In this document: one piece after another, positions 1 to 8,623 of the stretch | How the letters are laid out: the number at the start of each line of letters is the position of its first letter | How positions within the stretch are numbered: position 1 is the stretch's first letter | Program-made: the position numbers and the translations under genes | The notes under the pieces: model-generated | What the model saw: the letters and a program-made list of their open reading frames with translations, nothing else | What the model was told of the DNA's origin: nothing | Databases searched by the model: none | Source of the DNA: Candidatus Aenigmatarchaeota archaeon | GTDB taxonomy: Archaea; Aenigmatarchaeota; Aenigmatarchaeia; GW2011-AR5 | Direction of reading: 5' to 3' | Length of the DNA stretch: 64,000 bases | Assembly: GCA_016187335.1 (NCBI GenBank) | Contig: JACPJW010000001.1 | Location: 800,001-864,000, forward strand

Positions 1-221
1 AAATGGGTTTATCATATTGAAGGAAAGAATAATTCCTTCCATCACATCTTATTAAAAATGGAAATAATTCCCATTTGATTTTGAGCAAAATTCTCTTTCC
101 ACTTGGTAAAAATTTCATTTTCGCGGAATTCCGTTCCGCACGCCGAATTTTTTAAATAAGCTTTGCCTTCTATTTTATTTTGTCTGGTTCTTTCCTAAAC
201 AAAAAATAATGTAGTGATTTT

Positions 222-1283
222 ATGGGACTTACCCGAAGGTTTTTGCGAACACTTGCGGCGGCGGGCGCTGCGGCAGTTTTAGTCCCCAGCTTGGCTCCTG
301 GGTCGGCCAGGGGTCTGTTTCCTCCATCCGAGGCATACGCATCTGAACGACAGGCAGCGTCCAATTTATCGGCTCAATATGAGAATGAACTGCCAAGGCA
401 GTATCGCGCTTTCTATTTTGGCTCTGCGCCCGTTTTAATCCAGTATGAACATTCGGCATTAAGGCCTTACCCGCTGCCCCGCGCGGTGAATTCCTTTGTC
501 ACACCCGGAATGCTCGCTTTGCAGCCTTATTCAACTGCAGGCGACGTCATAACGTCAGAAGCGGATGCAATAAAAGCAGGCCGTGAAGTTCTCAGAAAAA
601 TGGGAGTGAAATTCCGGCCGGGAAGGGGGGTTTTGACATTTGTGCGCGTGGATGACGGGAGGGAAGCTGCCATAAGCTTTGGTTCAAATATGTCCCTCAG
701 CGAGCTTCAAAGAAGGGCGGATGCTCTTAATATTCTTAACACGCCTCATTATCTGAAAATCGTGCAGCCCGGAATGCCCCGGGGTAATTATGAAAGAGAA
801 GTGGAAGCGGAGCTTCGTGATTTCCTTGGAATCCCCGCGCCCGCACTTGTTCTTTCAGTGACACCAGCTTCTGCTCCCGCACAAAGCGGCCAGCCAGGCC
901 AGGTAGTCATTCGCTATGGTTCTGTTTCGGAGCTGAGGCAGACATGTCCGACCGCGGACCGGGGCGCCTTGCCAGTATTCCCCGCATCGCGCCGGATTGG
1001 TGCTAGCGGTCATGCCCCTATGTATGGCATCGGCGTTGCCGGAGAAAAAAAACGTTTCGGGGATTTCAATCCAGACATAATCAAAGACGCACTTGATTAT
1101 TACATGCAATCCGGTCTTCCACTTCAGTTATTTGTACGGCATGGGGATCCCATTCCAACGGACGTTGATGCCACTGGCCGTCCCGTACCATTTGTTGATG
1201 CAACCGGTCGTCCCATACCGATAGTTCCATGGAGCGGGCGGGGGCCATTGAGCATTCCTGTCCCGTACCCCTGCGGGAATTAA
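222..1283 (+). CDS. Hypothetical exported protein with a twin-arginine-like signal
   Basis: 353-aa ORF; N-terminus MGLTRRFLRTLAAAGAAAVL followed by ARG; Pro-rich C-terminus with a VDATGRP(V/I)P repeat; no family recognised. Confidence 0.6.
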   Translation: MGLTRRFLRTLAAAGAAAVLVPSLAPGSARGLFPPSEAYASERQAASNLSAQYENELPRQYRAFYFGSAPVLIQYEHSALRPYPLPRAVNSFVTPGMLALQPYSTAGDVITSEADAIKAGREVLRKMGVKFRPGRGVLTFVRVDDGREAAISFGSNMSLSELQRRADALNILNTPHYLKIVQPGMPRGNYEREVEAELRDFLGIPAPALVLSVTPASAPAQSGQPGQVVIRYGSVSELRQTCPTADRGALPVFPASRRIGASGHAPMYGIGVAGEKKRFGDFNPDIIKDALDYYMQSGLPLQLFVRHGDPIPTDVDATGRPVPFVDATGRPIPIVPWSGRGPLSIPVPYPCGN

Positions 1284-3298
1284 GCAGCAATCCTTGACGT
1301 ATGGTCTTCCTTGTAGATGCGGATGACGTTGTCAACGTACGTGTCTATCTTGGGCTCGTGCGAAACAATGACCACTTGCTTTAGCTTCAGTTCATTCAGC
1401 ACCTCCCTTATCCTGTCCAGCTGCTCGGTGCTGAAGCCGTCCGTGGGCTCGTCCAGAATAAGCAGGTCCTTTGTTTTAATTGAATGTATCATGTCGTTTA
1501 TCACGCGATTCAGCGCAAGCCGGTACGCCAGAGCTACCGATGTTTTTTCGCCCCCCGACAGGTTCCTGTATTCCGTTTCGTAGCCGTTCTGCTCTATTAT
1601 GGGCGTGAACTGCTCGTCTATCCTCACCGCCAGGGCGTCGCTCATCAGCAATGAAAACCATTTCTGGAAGCATCCGTCAAATTCCCTTTGTATTGCCAGC
1701 ATGACGTTCTTTTCCATGGAGTCCATGAGCGCCGTGAAGTGATTCCCCAGCCAGTTCATCATTTCGTTCAGCATTTCTATTTTCTGGAAAGCCTTTTTCT
1801 TTTCCTCTATTTCTTCCCTGATTTTGGCTATCCGGCCTGCCGTTTCCCTGAGTTCTGTCTCCATTGACGCGTGCTTTCTCTGCTCGGTTATATACATGGC
1901 ATTGATTTCATCGAATCTCTTTTCGGCATCCCTGAGTATTTTTTCGTATTTTCCGGATTCGGACGCCCTGCTTTCAAGGCTTCCTATATCCCTCTCCAGG
2001 ATTGCTATTTCTTTGTCACACTCGGCATTTTCCGAGGAAAGCATGCCGCGCCTTTTTTCAATCTCATTTATTTCCTGCTCCAGCGAATACCTTCTCTCTA
2101 TGGCGTATAAGTAGTCTTTAGCGTCCATCTGCTTTTTCCTTAAAGACGCTATTTTTTCTGCCACCGCTTCTTCTTTTTCCGACAGCTCAGCCGCAAGCCG
2201 GGAGTTGAGCTGTATGCTGGCTGCAAAGCTCTCCTTGTCATGAACGGGCTGGCCGCACACCTCGCATATGCCGCGCTCGTGTATCCTTTTCAGGTTTTCT
2301 GCGTGCGCTTGCGCCCTGCTTTTTTCGTAAACAACGCCGCTTTTTTCTTTCTCTCCGCTTTCAATCGCCGCCTTTATCTGGTCGGGATCCATGTCAGGCT
2401 TCCTGACAGCGCTGTATTTTTCCAGGCTGCCTTTTCTTGAAGCGGCCCTTTCTTCCATCTCCTTTATTTCGGCGGCGTTCCTTTCGCGCCTTTTTTTCCT
2501 TGCCGATTTCTCCTTTTCCTTGGTTTCGATGTCTTTCCTGATGGAAGCGAAATTGTCGACGTCTTTCCTCGCCTTTTCTGTTTCATTTCTTTTTATTATT
2601 ATTTCGTTTTCTATTTTTTTCATTATTATCGACTGGTTTTCCAGCTCGGAGGATATTTTTTTCACTTTGTCCTCCTTTTCAAGAAGTTCCTCCTTCCTGA
2701 TTTCCAGGTCTTTTGTGTAGCCCTCCAGCGATTTTTTCTCTTCCCTGGCAGCGGAAAGCAGTAGCGAGACGTTGCTCTTTATCGTCCCGTACTTGTCAAC
2801 GTCAAATATTTTTCTCAGCGTTTCAAGCCTCCCTTCGTTCTCAATTATCTGCTTCATCTCTTCCTGCGGGGTGTAAACGGTGTAGCGGAATATGGGCCTG
2901 TTTTTCCTCAGCATCTCCTGCGGGTATCCGATCAGGTCGAGTATTTTTGCCGTAAGCTCCGTGGGGGTAAGCTCGTTCCTGTAGCCGTTTACGGAAAGAT
3001 AGCCCGGCTCCTGGTTTATTGAGTCTTTCCTTTTTTTCAGCACTCTTTTGACATTTATTTCCCTGCCGTCAGAAAGAAACTCCAGCTCTATCTCGCCCGT
3101 TTCGCAGCCGTGCCTCAGGAGGTCCGGGCCTGTTATCTCGCCCCGCCTTATGCCGAACAGGGCAAAGTCTATCGCTATAAGCAGCGTGCTCTTCCCCGAG
3201 CCTATGTCGCCCGAAAGCAGGGTGGACCCCAGGGGAAAGTCTATCCTGGCATCTGAATAACTCCTTACGTTTTTCAGGCGCAGCGATTTCAGCAGCAT
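1280..3298 (-). CDS. rad50: DNA double-strand break repair ATPase Rad50
   Basis: Walker A GDIGSGKS, long coiled coil, Zn-hook CEVC, LSGGE signature, Walker B LLILDEPT; adjacent to mre11. Confidence 0.95.
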   Translation of the reverse strand: MLLKSLRLKNVRSYSDARIDFPLGSTLLSGDIGSGKSTLLIAIDFALFGIRRGEITGPDLLRHGCETGEIELEFLSDGREINVKRVLKKRKDSINQEPGYLSVNGYRNELTPTELTAKILDLIGYPQEMLRKNRPIFRYTVYTPQEEMKQIIENEGRLETLRKIFDVDKYGTIKSNVSLLLSAAREEKKSLEGYTKDLEIRKEELLEKEDKVKKISSELENQSIIMKKIENEIIIKRNETEKARKDVDNFASIRKDIETKEKEKSARKKRRERNAAEIKEMEERAASRKGSLEKYSAVRKPDMDPDQIKAAIESGEKEKSGVVYEKSRAQAHAENLKRIHERGICEVCGQPVHDKESFAASIQLNSRLAAELSEKEEAVAEKIASLRKKQMDAKDYLYAIERRYSLEQEINEIEKRRGMLSSENAECDKEIAILERDIGSLESRASESGKYEKILRDAEKRFDEINAMYITEQRKHASMETELRETAGRIAKIREEIEEKKKAFQKIEMLNEMMNWLGNHFTALMDSMEKNVMLAIQREFDGCFQKWFSLLMSDALAVRIDEQFTPIIEQNGYETEYRNLSGGEKTSVALAYRLALNRVINDMIHSIKTKDLLILDEPTDGFSTEQLDRIREVLNELKLKQVVIVSHEPKIDTYVDNVIRIYKEDHTSRIAA

Positions 3299-3320
3299 AA
3301 TCAGAACCCCTCATATTATT

Positions 3321-3396
3321 TTTGATGAAACTTTTTCTAAAAGTTTCTTTGATGAAACTTTTTCTAAAAGTTTCTTTGATGAAACTTTTTCTAAAA
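3321..3396. repeat. Tandem array (27-nt period, about 2.8 copies) of the hairpin+ATCAAAA motif
   Basis: TTTGATGAAACTTTTTCTAAAAGTTTC at 3321-3347 and 3348-3374, partial copy at 3375-3396; internal palindrome GAAACTTTT-TCT-AAAAGTTTC. Confidence 0.95.
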
Positions 3397-4614
3397 TATT
3401 CCCAGGATTTTTCTTCCGGCTGACTTTATCCTTTCCTCGTAAGCCCTTGATGATTCGTCTTCCTGCTTTTCCTCCTTCAGGACGCTCATCAGGCTGGTTA
3501 TCAGGTTTTCCGTTTCATTCCTGCCAAGCCAAGAAACCTTCATTTTTTCAGAGTTGGCTGAAACGATTTCCATCTCCATCTCTTCCGTGCTTACGTGCTC
3601 TTTCACCAGGATTTCTCCCAGTTCCTTCGAGGTTATCTTCATGTTTTTCTTTACGGAAAGCGCTCCTTTTCCCGCCGCCATAGCGATCACGGGCTTGAGG
3701 TTTATGTCGCTGGTCTTTCCGTCTATGGTTCCTTCAATTTTCATCAGCAGTATCTTCCCCTCGAGGTTTTCTTTCTCGACGGCTTTTTCCGCTTCTTTCT
3801 GTATTTCCGCCGGCATCTTCCCGTCGGCGTTTATTTTTATGATGCACACGTCGCACAGCTTTGCCGAAACCCGCTTCACGGAAACAGGCCCGGGCGGCGT
3901 ATTGCTTGTGTCAAGGTCCACGATGTAAAAGCCGCTGTCATACCTTTCAAGCTCGTGAAAATCCGCGGGAAAAAGAGGACCCGGGAACGCCACGCGGCTC
4001 TTTTCGTCGTAAGAATGGGCATGAATGTGGCCGGATGCGTAATATTCAAAGCCTTTCGGCAGCAGCGATAGCGGTATTCCCGCGCCGAAATTTTCAGGCA
4101 GGTTTTCGGAAATGCCCGAATGAAAAACAAATATTTTCCTGCCCTTTTCGTTTTCAATTCCTCTGTCAAGGTTCTCAAAATACGAGCGCTCCAGGGCGCC
4201 CCTGCGCCCTACTACCCCGCATAATCTGGCGCCGGTTTTCCTGTCCTCGGTGAACTCAAGGAAGATTTTTCCGCCAGCTTCCCTGATTTTTCCTACGTTT
4301 GCCAGCAGCCCCGCGTCCTCAAGGACGTTGAGCATGCTCTTTCCCGTCGGCGAGAAGTCATGAGAGCCCGCTATGGCGTATACATTGATGCCAGCTTCTT
4401 TCAGCCGCCGCAACTCCAGCGCCGCTTTTCTTATTACGTCTATGGAAGGCAGTGACGTGTCAAAGAAGTCGCCAGCAATGATGACAAAATCCACAGCTTC
4501 TTCGATGCACCTGTCAACGGCTTTTTCCCACGCTTTCAGCGGATATTCCCGCAGGTCCGGGTGGTTGTTCCACGAGCCCAGGTGCACGTCAGAAATGTGG
4601 GCAAATCTTGCCAT
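3391..4614 (-). CDS. mre11: Mre11 nuclease (calcineurin-like phosphoesterase)
   Basis: Motifs SDVHLG, AGDFFD, AGSHD, FHSG, SGHIH; directly upstream of rad50. Confidence 0.95.
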   Translation of the reverse strand: MARFAHISDVHLGSWNNHPDLREYPLKAWEKAVDRCIEEAVDFVIIAGDFFDTSLPSIDVIRKAALELRRLKEAGINVYAIAGSHDFSPTGKSMLNVLEDAGLLANVGKIREAGGKIFLEFTEDRKTGARLCGVVGRRGALERSYFENLDRGIENEKGRKIFVFHSGISENLPENFGAGIPLSLLPKGFEYYASGHIHAHSYDEKSRVAFPGPLFPADFHELERYDSGFYIVDLDTSNTPPGPVSVKRVSAKLCDVCIIKINADGKMPAEIQKEAEKAVEKENLEGKILLMKIEGTIDGKTSDINLKPVIAMAAGKGALSVKKNMKITSKELGEILVKEHVSTEEMEMEIVSANSEKMKVSWLGRNETENLITSLMSVLKEEKQEDESSRAYEERIKSAGRKILGIF

Positions 4615-4641
4615 GTCATAAAAGAAGCAGCCAAAACTTAA

Positions 4642-4669
4642 ATCTGCAAAGAGCGAAGCTCTTTGCGAT
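4642..4669. repeat. Palindromic module with GCGAAGC core
   Basis: ATCTGCAAAGAGC-GAA-GCTCTTTGCGAT; a near-identical reverse-complement copy lies at about 20220-20248. Confidence 0.8.
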
Positions 4670-4721
4670 GACAGAAGATTTTCGAGCTTGAATGTTCAGG
4701 TTTCAGCTTTAATTTTCGCAA

Positions 4722-5558
4722 TCAAGGCAGTCTTTTGGCGATCCTTTCAGGTCCCTTCGCAGCCTCAGCCCTTTCCGTTATTGCCTTGATGCTTTTCCTT
4801 CGGGTTTCCTGCCTTCCCCTTTCCTGCTCAAGCTCTTTCCTGGCGGATGATTCAATCATTTCTTCCCTTGTCTCGGGAGCGGATATCGTTGCGGCAGCCA
4901 GCTGTCCTGACACCGGCAATTCTTGAGGATGGATTATCTCCGGAATTCCTGTTACAGCTAAAATTTTTCTCTCCGCGCTTATCCTTGCGCTCTTTTCCAG
5001 AGAGTTGTTTATTGCCCTGTCTATGGAATGCTTCGCTTTTTCCGGTACCTTCTCCCTTACAAGCTCAAGGACAAGCGTGCTTTTCTGGAGCGTGTCCTCC
5101 GTTTCCCTGGCGATAGCAGAAATATTCGCGCCGATTCCCTGCGTCCTGTTCAGTTCCTCGTTGTATTCGTTTATGTATCTCAGCGCCTCGTCTGTTTTGT
5201 TTTTTCTCATCAAATAGCGGGCTTCCGCCAGCCTTTCTTTCGCAAAGCCCAGGTGCAGCCTTGCCTTATCTTCCCTGCTTACTGCGAGAGCTTCCCTGAA
5301 GAATTCGCCCATTCTTTTGAAGACATGGAAAGGGCTGTCAGGAGCGATTCCGGGGCTGGCAAACGATTGTTCTGCCACGTCCAATTCAGCTTCGGTCACC
5401 ACGGAATCCGAGAAATCTATGCGGGCGGATGCCTGCGAGCCTATTTCATTCTGCGCCCATGCGGGGCCTGCAACCAGCGTTATTACTGCGATTACTGCAA
5501 ACAGCGGCTTCATACTTATCATCTCTATTCTGAATATAAAAATAAAAAGGATGCGCAT
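4722..5558 (-). CDS. Secreted helical protein, DUF5667-like (true start probably near MKPLFAV)
   Basis: Signal peptide; PGIAPDSPFHVFKRMGE...KARLHLGFAKERLAEA pattern recalled for DUF5667. Confidence 0.65.
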   Translation of the reverse strand: MRILFIFIFRIEMISMKPLFAVIAVITLVAGPAWAQNEIGSQASARIDFSDSVVTEAELDVAEQSFASPGIAPDSPFHVFKRMGEFFREALAVSREDKARLHLGFAKERLAEARYLMRKNKTDEALRYINEYNEELNRTQGIGANISAIARETEDTLQKSTLVLELVREKVPEKAKHSIDRAINNSLEKSARISAERKILAVTGIPEIIHPQELPVSGQLAAATISAPETREEMIESSARKELEQERGRQETRRKSIKAITERAEAAKGPERIAKRLP

Positions 5559-5576
5559 CCATTGTTAGTCATCAGG

Positions 5577-5804
5577 TCATTCAGCAAGATATTTCGTGAC
5601 CGGAGATTCCATTACTGTCGTGGACCTTTTGACAAGGTGAACGTCCGAAGCGCACACCGGGCATTTGATAGGGCGGAAATAATATTCGTCCCCGCAATTG
5701 TCGCATTTCCAGACATTGTAATTCCTCTTCCGGGCCTTGGGTTTTAACGTCAGGACGTGGATGATTTTCTTTTCCTTCTTGCTGAACAGTTTTTCCAGCA
5801 GCAT
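5577..5804 (-). CDS. Small Zn-ribbon protein
   Basis: WKCDNC...KCPVC; abuts the upstream ORF. Confidence 0.6.
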   Translation of the reverse strand: MLLEKLFSKKEKKIIHVLTLKPKARKRNYNVWKCDNCGDEYYFRPIKCPVCASDVHLVKRSTTVMESPVTKYLAE

Positions 5805-6314
5805 CTAATCAGCTCCGTTTCTGGCCTTGATGTGGAACCCGAAACCTTCGGACCTTTTGTGAAAGCTGCGGGTTCTTGTGAGGTACAGATTATAAGAGTG
5901 GCCGTCAAGGTTCATGGTGCCGTGCCACAATTTTGTGTTATTTTCCTTGGGCTTCAGGCTGAAAGAGCCCACAAGCGTGTCGTTCCTGTAAAGGCTGCCT
6001 GATAATGAGCCGTTGCTGATAGAGACGTTTCCCGCCTTTATGCGGCGGCTCCCTATTCTCATGAAACCGTGCAGGGCAACCCCTTCGTTATAGGATTTTT
6101 TTGCGGCAATCAGCAGCTTTACGTCCCTGAACGATTCCGGGTCGTTAACCCAGACGGCAGCCCCTCTCGCGATCAGCCTCAGGCCATTTATCTCTTCCGG
6201 GGAAAAAATGCCGACCTGGTTCCCGCCCGTTGAATCCGCCGGTATGTTGATTAATGTTATTATCATTATCGGCATCCTGTTTGTTTTTTCCTTCATTCCG
6301 ACCACCCTTTCCAC
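5805..6314 (-). CDS. Hypothetical protein (start likely at MKEKT)
   Basis: 169-aa beta-rich ORF; GGTGG ribosome-binding site before the second Met. Confidence 0.5.
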   Translation of the reverse strand: MERVVGMKEKTNRMPIMIITLINIPADSTGGNQVGIFSPEEINGLRLIARGAAVWVNDPESFRDVKLLIAAKKSYNEGVALHGFMRIGSRRIKAGNVSISNGSLSGSLYRNDTLVGSFSLKPKENNTKLWHGTMNLDGHSYNLYLTRTRSFHKRSEGFGFHIKARNGAD

Positions 6315-6349
6315 TCAGCTTCACCAGCTGCTCATGATATGTAAATATA

Positions 6350-6394
6350 GACTGTTTCACCAATGAGAAGGCGTGGTGAAACAGTCGTGAAACA
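6350..6394. promoter_or_regulatory. Perfect 13-bp inverted repeat plus an extra half-site between divergent genes
   Basis: GACTGTTTCACCA-N11-TGGTGAAACAGTC followed by GTGAAACA. Confidence 0.5.
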
Positions 6395-6465
6395 ATTGTA
6401 ATTCATGTGTAAAGGAGTAAGTAAGAAAGAAATTTTTAAATATTCTCAAAACAAGAAAAAATGTA

Positions 6466-6912
6466 ATGAAAATAGCTGATTTGTTTTCAAGAATAGTCAC
6501 AAGTTATAGAGATTTCTCTATTAGAAGAAAACAAGAAGTAGAGAGAGTTAGAAATGCGCGGTCTGACCTAATAAAAGAGTTGGAATCTCACGGCATACAT
6601 GCTTGGGATAATGAATACAGACCAGATTTAGGGCCTGATTCATTGGATTTCGCACCTCAAATAACAGAAGAATGTCTGTCAGTAGGCGTTTCAACGCCAT
6701 GGTTGCTTGAAGACCACCTTATGACAGAAGGATACGTAAATTTCGTAAATAAGACTGCCCGGCAAATAGCTTCTCGATATGGTCTTAGAAGCTTTAGTTT
6801 GGATTCGGATTATTCCGGATTTGGTGTTGTAAGCTACGTAGGGTTCAGGCTTCAACCTCAACCCCCTTTATGCAGATCCGGTTCCTGTGCTATTCCTCTT
6901 TCAGCCAGGTGA
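6466..6912 (+). CDS. Hypothetical protein (AT-rich orphan)
   Basis: 148-aa ORF with a composition distinct from its neighbours. Confidence 0.55.
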   Translation: MKIADLFSRIVTSYRDFSIRRKQEVERVRNARSDLIKELESHGIHAWDNEYRPDLGPDSLDFAPQITEECLSVGVSTPWLLEDHLMTEGYVNFVNKTARQIASRYGLRSFSLDSDYSGFGVVSYVGFRLQPQPPLCRSGSCAIPLSAR

Positions 6913-7753
6913 GCCTGTTCGTCCTGCCTTTCCTTTTCTTTGCCAGCAGCCTTTTCTCCGCAAGCTTCTGCACGATTCTGGTCATTTTTGCCCGCGAGAA
7001 CTTGAATTCCTGCTCCACTTTATTCTGGTAAGCGGTTTTGTGTTTTTCCATGTACTCTATCACCTTCTTTTCGTCCTCGCGGAAGCCGGTGAAGAATTCC
7101 TGTCTTGCATTTTCCTTTGCATGCCGGGATACCTTCTTGTGGTGCCTGTAAATGAAAGCCGCCGCGGCCAGGGCGGTTATCGTTGCAGCTATCCATAAAT
7201 TGAATTCCATGTTCAGGCGCTCAAACTTCACCGAGAAAATCCTGGGTTCGCTGTCGCTCAGGGACCACGATATTTCTATGTTCCTGCCGTCCGTGCTGAC
7301 CGAGGCATCGCCAGGCCTGTACGAATTCCGGTATACGCCGTAACCCTCTGGCAGGACAATTCTCACGTCAATGATCCTGGCATCCAGAGACAGCTCTGTG
7401 AAGAACTGGTATACGCCGCTGTTCTGAAAAACGAGCCTGTTTGAAACGAAGCTTATCGTCAGCTGCGAATCGCCCTGCGGCTGGATCCTCAGTATGTAGC
7501 CGCTGTCTGATTTTATCAGCTCGTGCGCCAGGGAGGTTTTGGAGTCCTTTACCTCTATGGATTTTACTTCCTCGTCAAGCCTGTAGTCTATTGAAGAATT
7601 CATCGGCTGCCCGAAGTCAATGCTGATTGTTTCCCCGACCGACAGGTCGTCCCGTATGGAAAAAACTACGTCCGCTTTTTCCGCGGCGGAAGCTGCTGCA
7701 GGCAGGATTGCCGCAAGCAATGCAATGGCAGTTATCACAGCAAAAAGTCGCAT
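6890..7753 (-). CDS. Membrane-anchored winged-HTH protein (signal peptide, extracellular beta domain, TM helix, C-terminal wHTH)
   Basis: Signal peptide; TM LWIAATITALAAAAFIY; C-terminal EDEKKVIEYM...QNKVEQEFKFSRAKMTRIVQKLAEKRLLAKKRKGRTNRL. Confidence 0.75.
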   Translation of the reverse strand: MRLFAVITAIALLAAILPAAASAAEKADVVFSIRDDLSVGETISIDFGQPMNSSIDYRLDEEVKSIEVKDSKTSLAHELIKSDSGYILRIQPQGDSQLTISFVSNRLVFQNSGVYQFFTELSLDARIIDVRIVLPEGYGVYRNSYRPGDASVSTDGRNIEISWSLSDSEPRIFSVKFERLNMEFNLWIAATITALAAAAFIYRHHKKVSRHAKENARQEFFTGFREDEKKVIEYMEKHKTAYQNKVEQEFKFSRAKMTRIVQKLAEKRLLAKKRKGRTNRLTWLKEE

Positions 7754-7815
7754 TATATTTAATTCGCTGGAGGGTTTTTAAGTAAATACGTAACGTATTG
7801 GAAAGATGATGGAAA

Positions 7816-8487
7816 ATGCCAGGCGATAAAGAAATTTCTGCTGTTATTAAAACGCTGAAAAGAGAAAGCAGGAAATTCAGGCAGCCAGCGGTTACAGAAA
7901 TTGCGGAGCGCGACGACGACCCTTATAAGGTGCTTGTTTCCTGCCTGCTCAGCCTGCGGACGCGCGATACGATAACGGAAAGAATAGCGCCTGAACTTTT
8001 TGCTGCTGCTGACACGCCTGCGAAGATGGCAAAGCTGCCCCTGGCGCGGATAAGAAAAATAATCCGCCCGATTAATTACTATAAAACCAAAGCAAAAAGA
8101 ATCAAGGAAATTTCTCGCGTTCTTGTGAAAAAATACGGCGGGAAAGTGCCTTCTGATATTGACGAGCTGCTGAAGCTGAAGGGCGTAGGCAGGAAGACGG
8201 CGAACATTGTCGTTGTCTACGGCTTCAGCAAAGAAGGTCTTCCCATTGATGTCCATTGCCACAGGGTGCCTAATCGTTTGGGCTGGATAAAGACAAAGAC
8301 GCCCGAGCAGACAGAGAAGGCATTGCGGGAACTTCTGCCGAAGCCCTACTGGCACGACTTCAACGACCTGTTCGTCCAGTTCGGCCAGAACGTCTGCACG
8401 CCGAGGAACCCGAAATGCGGTGTATGCCCGGTAAGCAGGTGGTGCGATTATTACCACAATATTTACCTTAAACAGCGAAAATCTTAG
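7816..8487 (+). CDS. nth: Endonuclease III (HhH-GPD glycosylase, 4Fe-4S)
   Basis: LLKLKGVGRKTA HhH motif, IDVH, C-terminal CTPRNPKCGVCPVSRWC. Confidence 0.95.
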   Translation: MPGDKEISAVIKTLKRESRKFRQPAVTEIAERDDDPYKVLVSCLLSLRTRDTITERIAPELFAAADTPAKMAKLPLARIRKIIRPINYYKTKAKRIKEISRVLVKKYGGKVPSDIDELLKLKGVGRKTANIVVVYGFSKEGLPIDVHCHRVPNRLGWIKTKTPEQTEKALRELLPKPYWHDFNDLFVQFGQNVCTPRNPKCGVCPVSRWCDYYHNIYLKQRKS

Positions 8488-8623
8488 TGTTTTGGCTATG
8501 CCCTGCCAATACATCAGGATGCATTTTCTCTGTTCGTGCCGTGTTCCAAAAAAGTTTAAAGAACGGAAATCAATAATATTTAAGCGTTGCGCTGATTAAC
8601 ATCTTTCTGGTAGTGCATAACTG

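Noticed and set aside
3321-3396. CRISPR array
   Set aside because: The 27-nt repeats are directly adjacent with no spacers, and there are no cas1/cas2 genes
1280-4614. Absence of herA/nurA beside mre11-rad50 as a special finding
   Set aside because: These genes can lie elsewhere in the genome, which cannot be judged from this window
7759-8514. Long antisense ORFs in the track (for example 7759-8514, 10601-11272, 12537-13457, 50478-51329, 63021-63941)
   Set aside because: Shadow frames opposite well-supported genes, with no recognisable motifs
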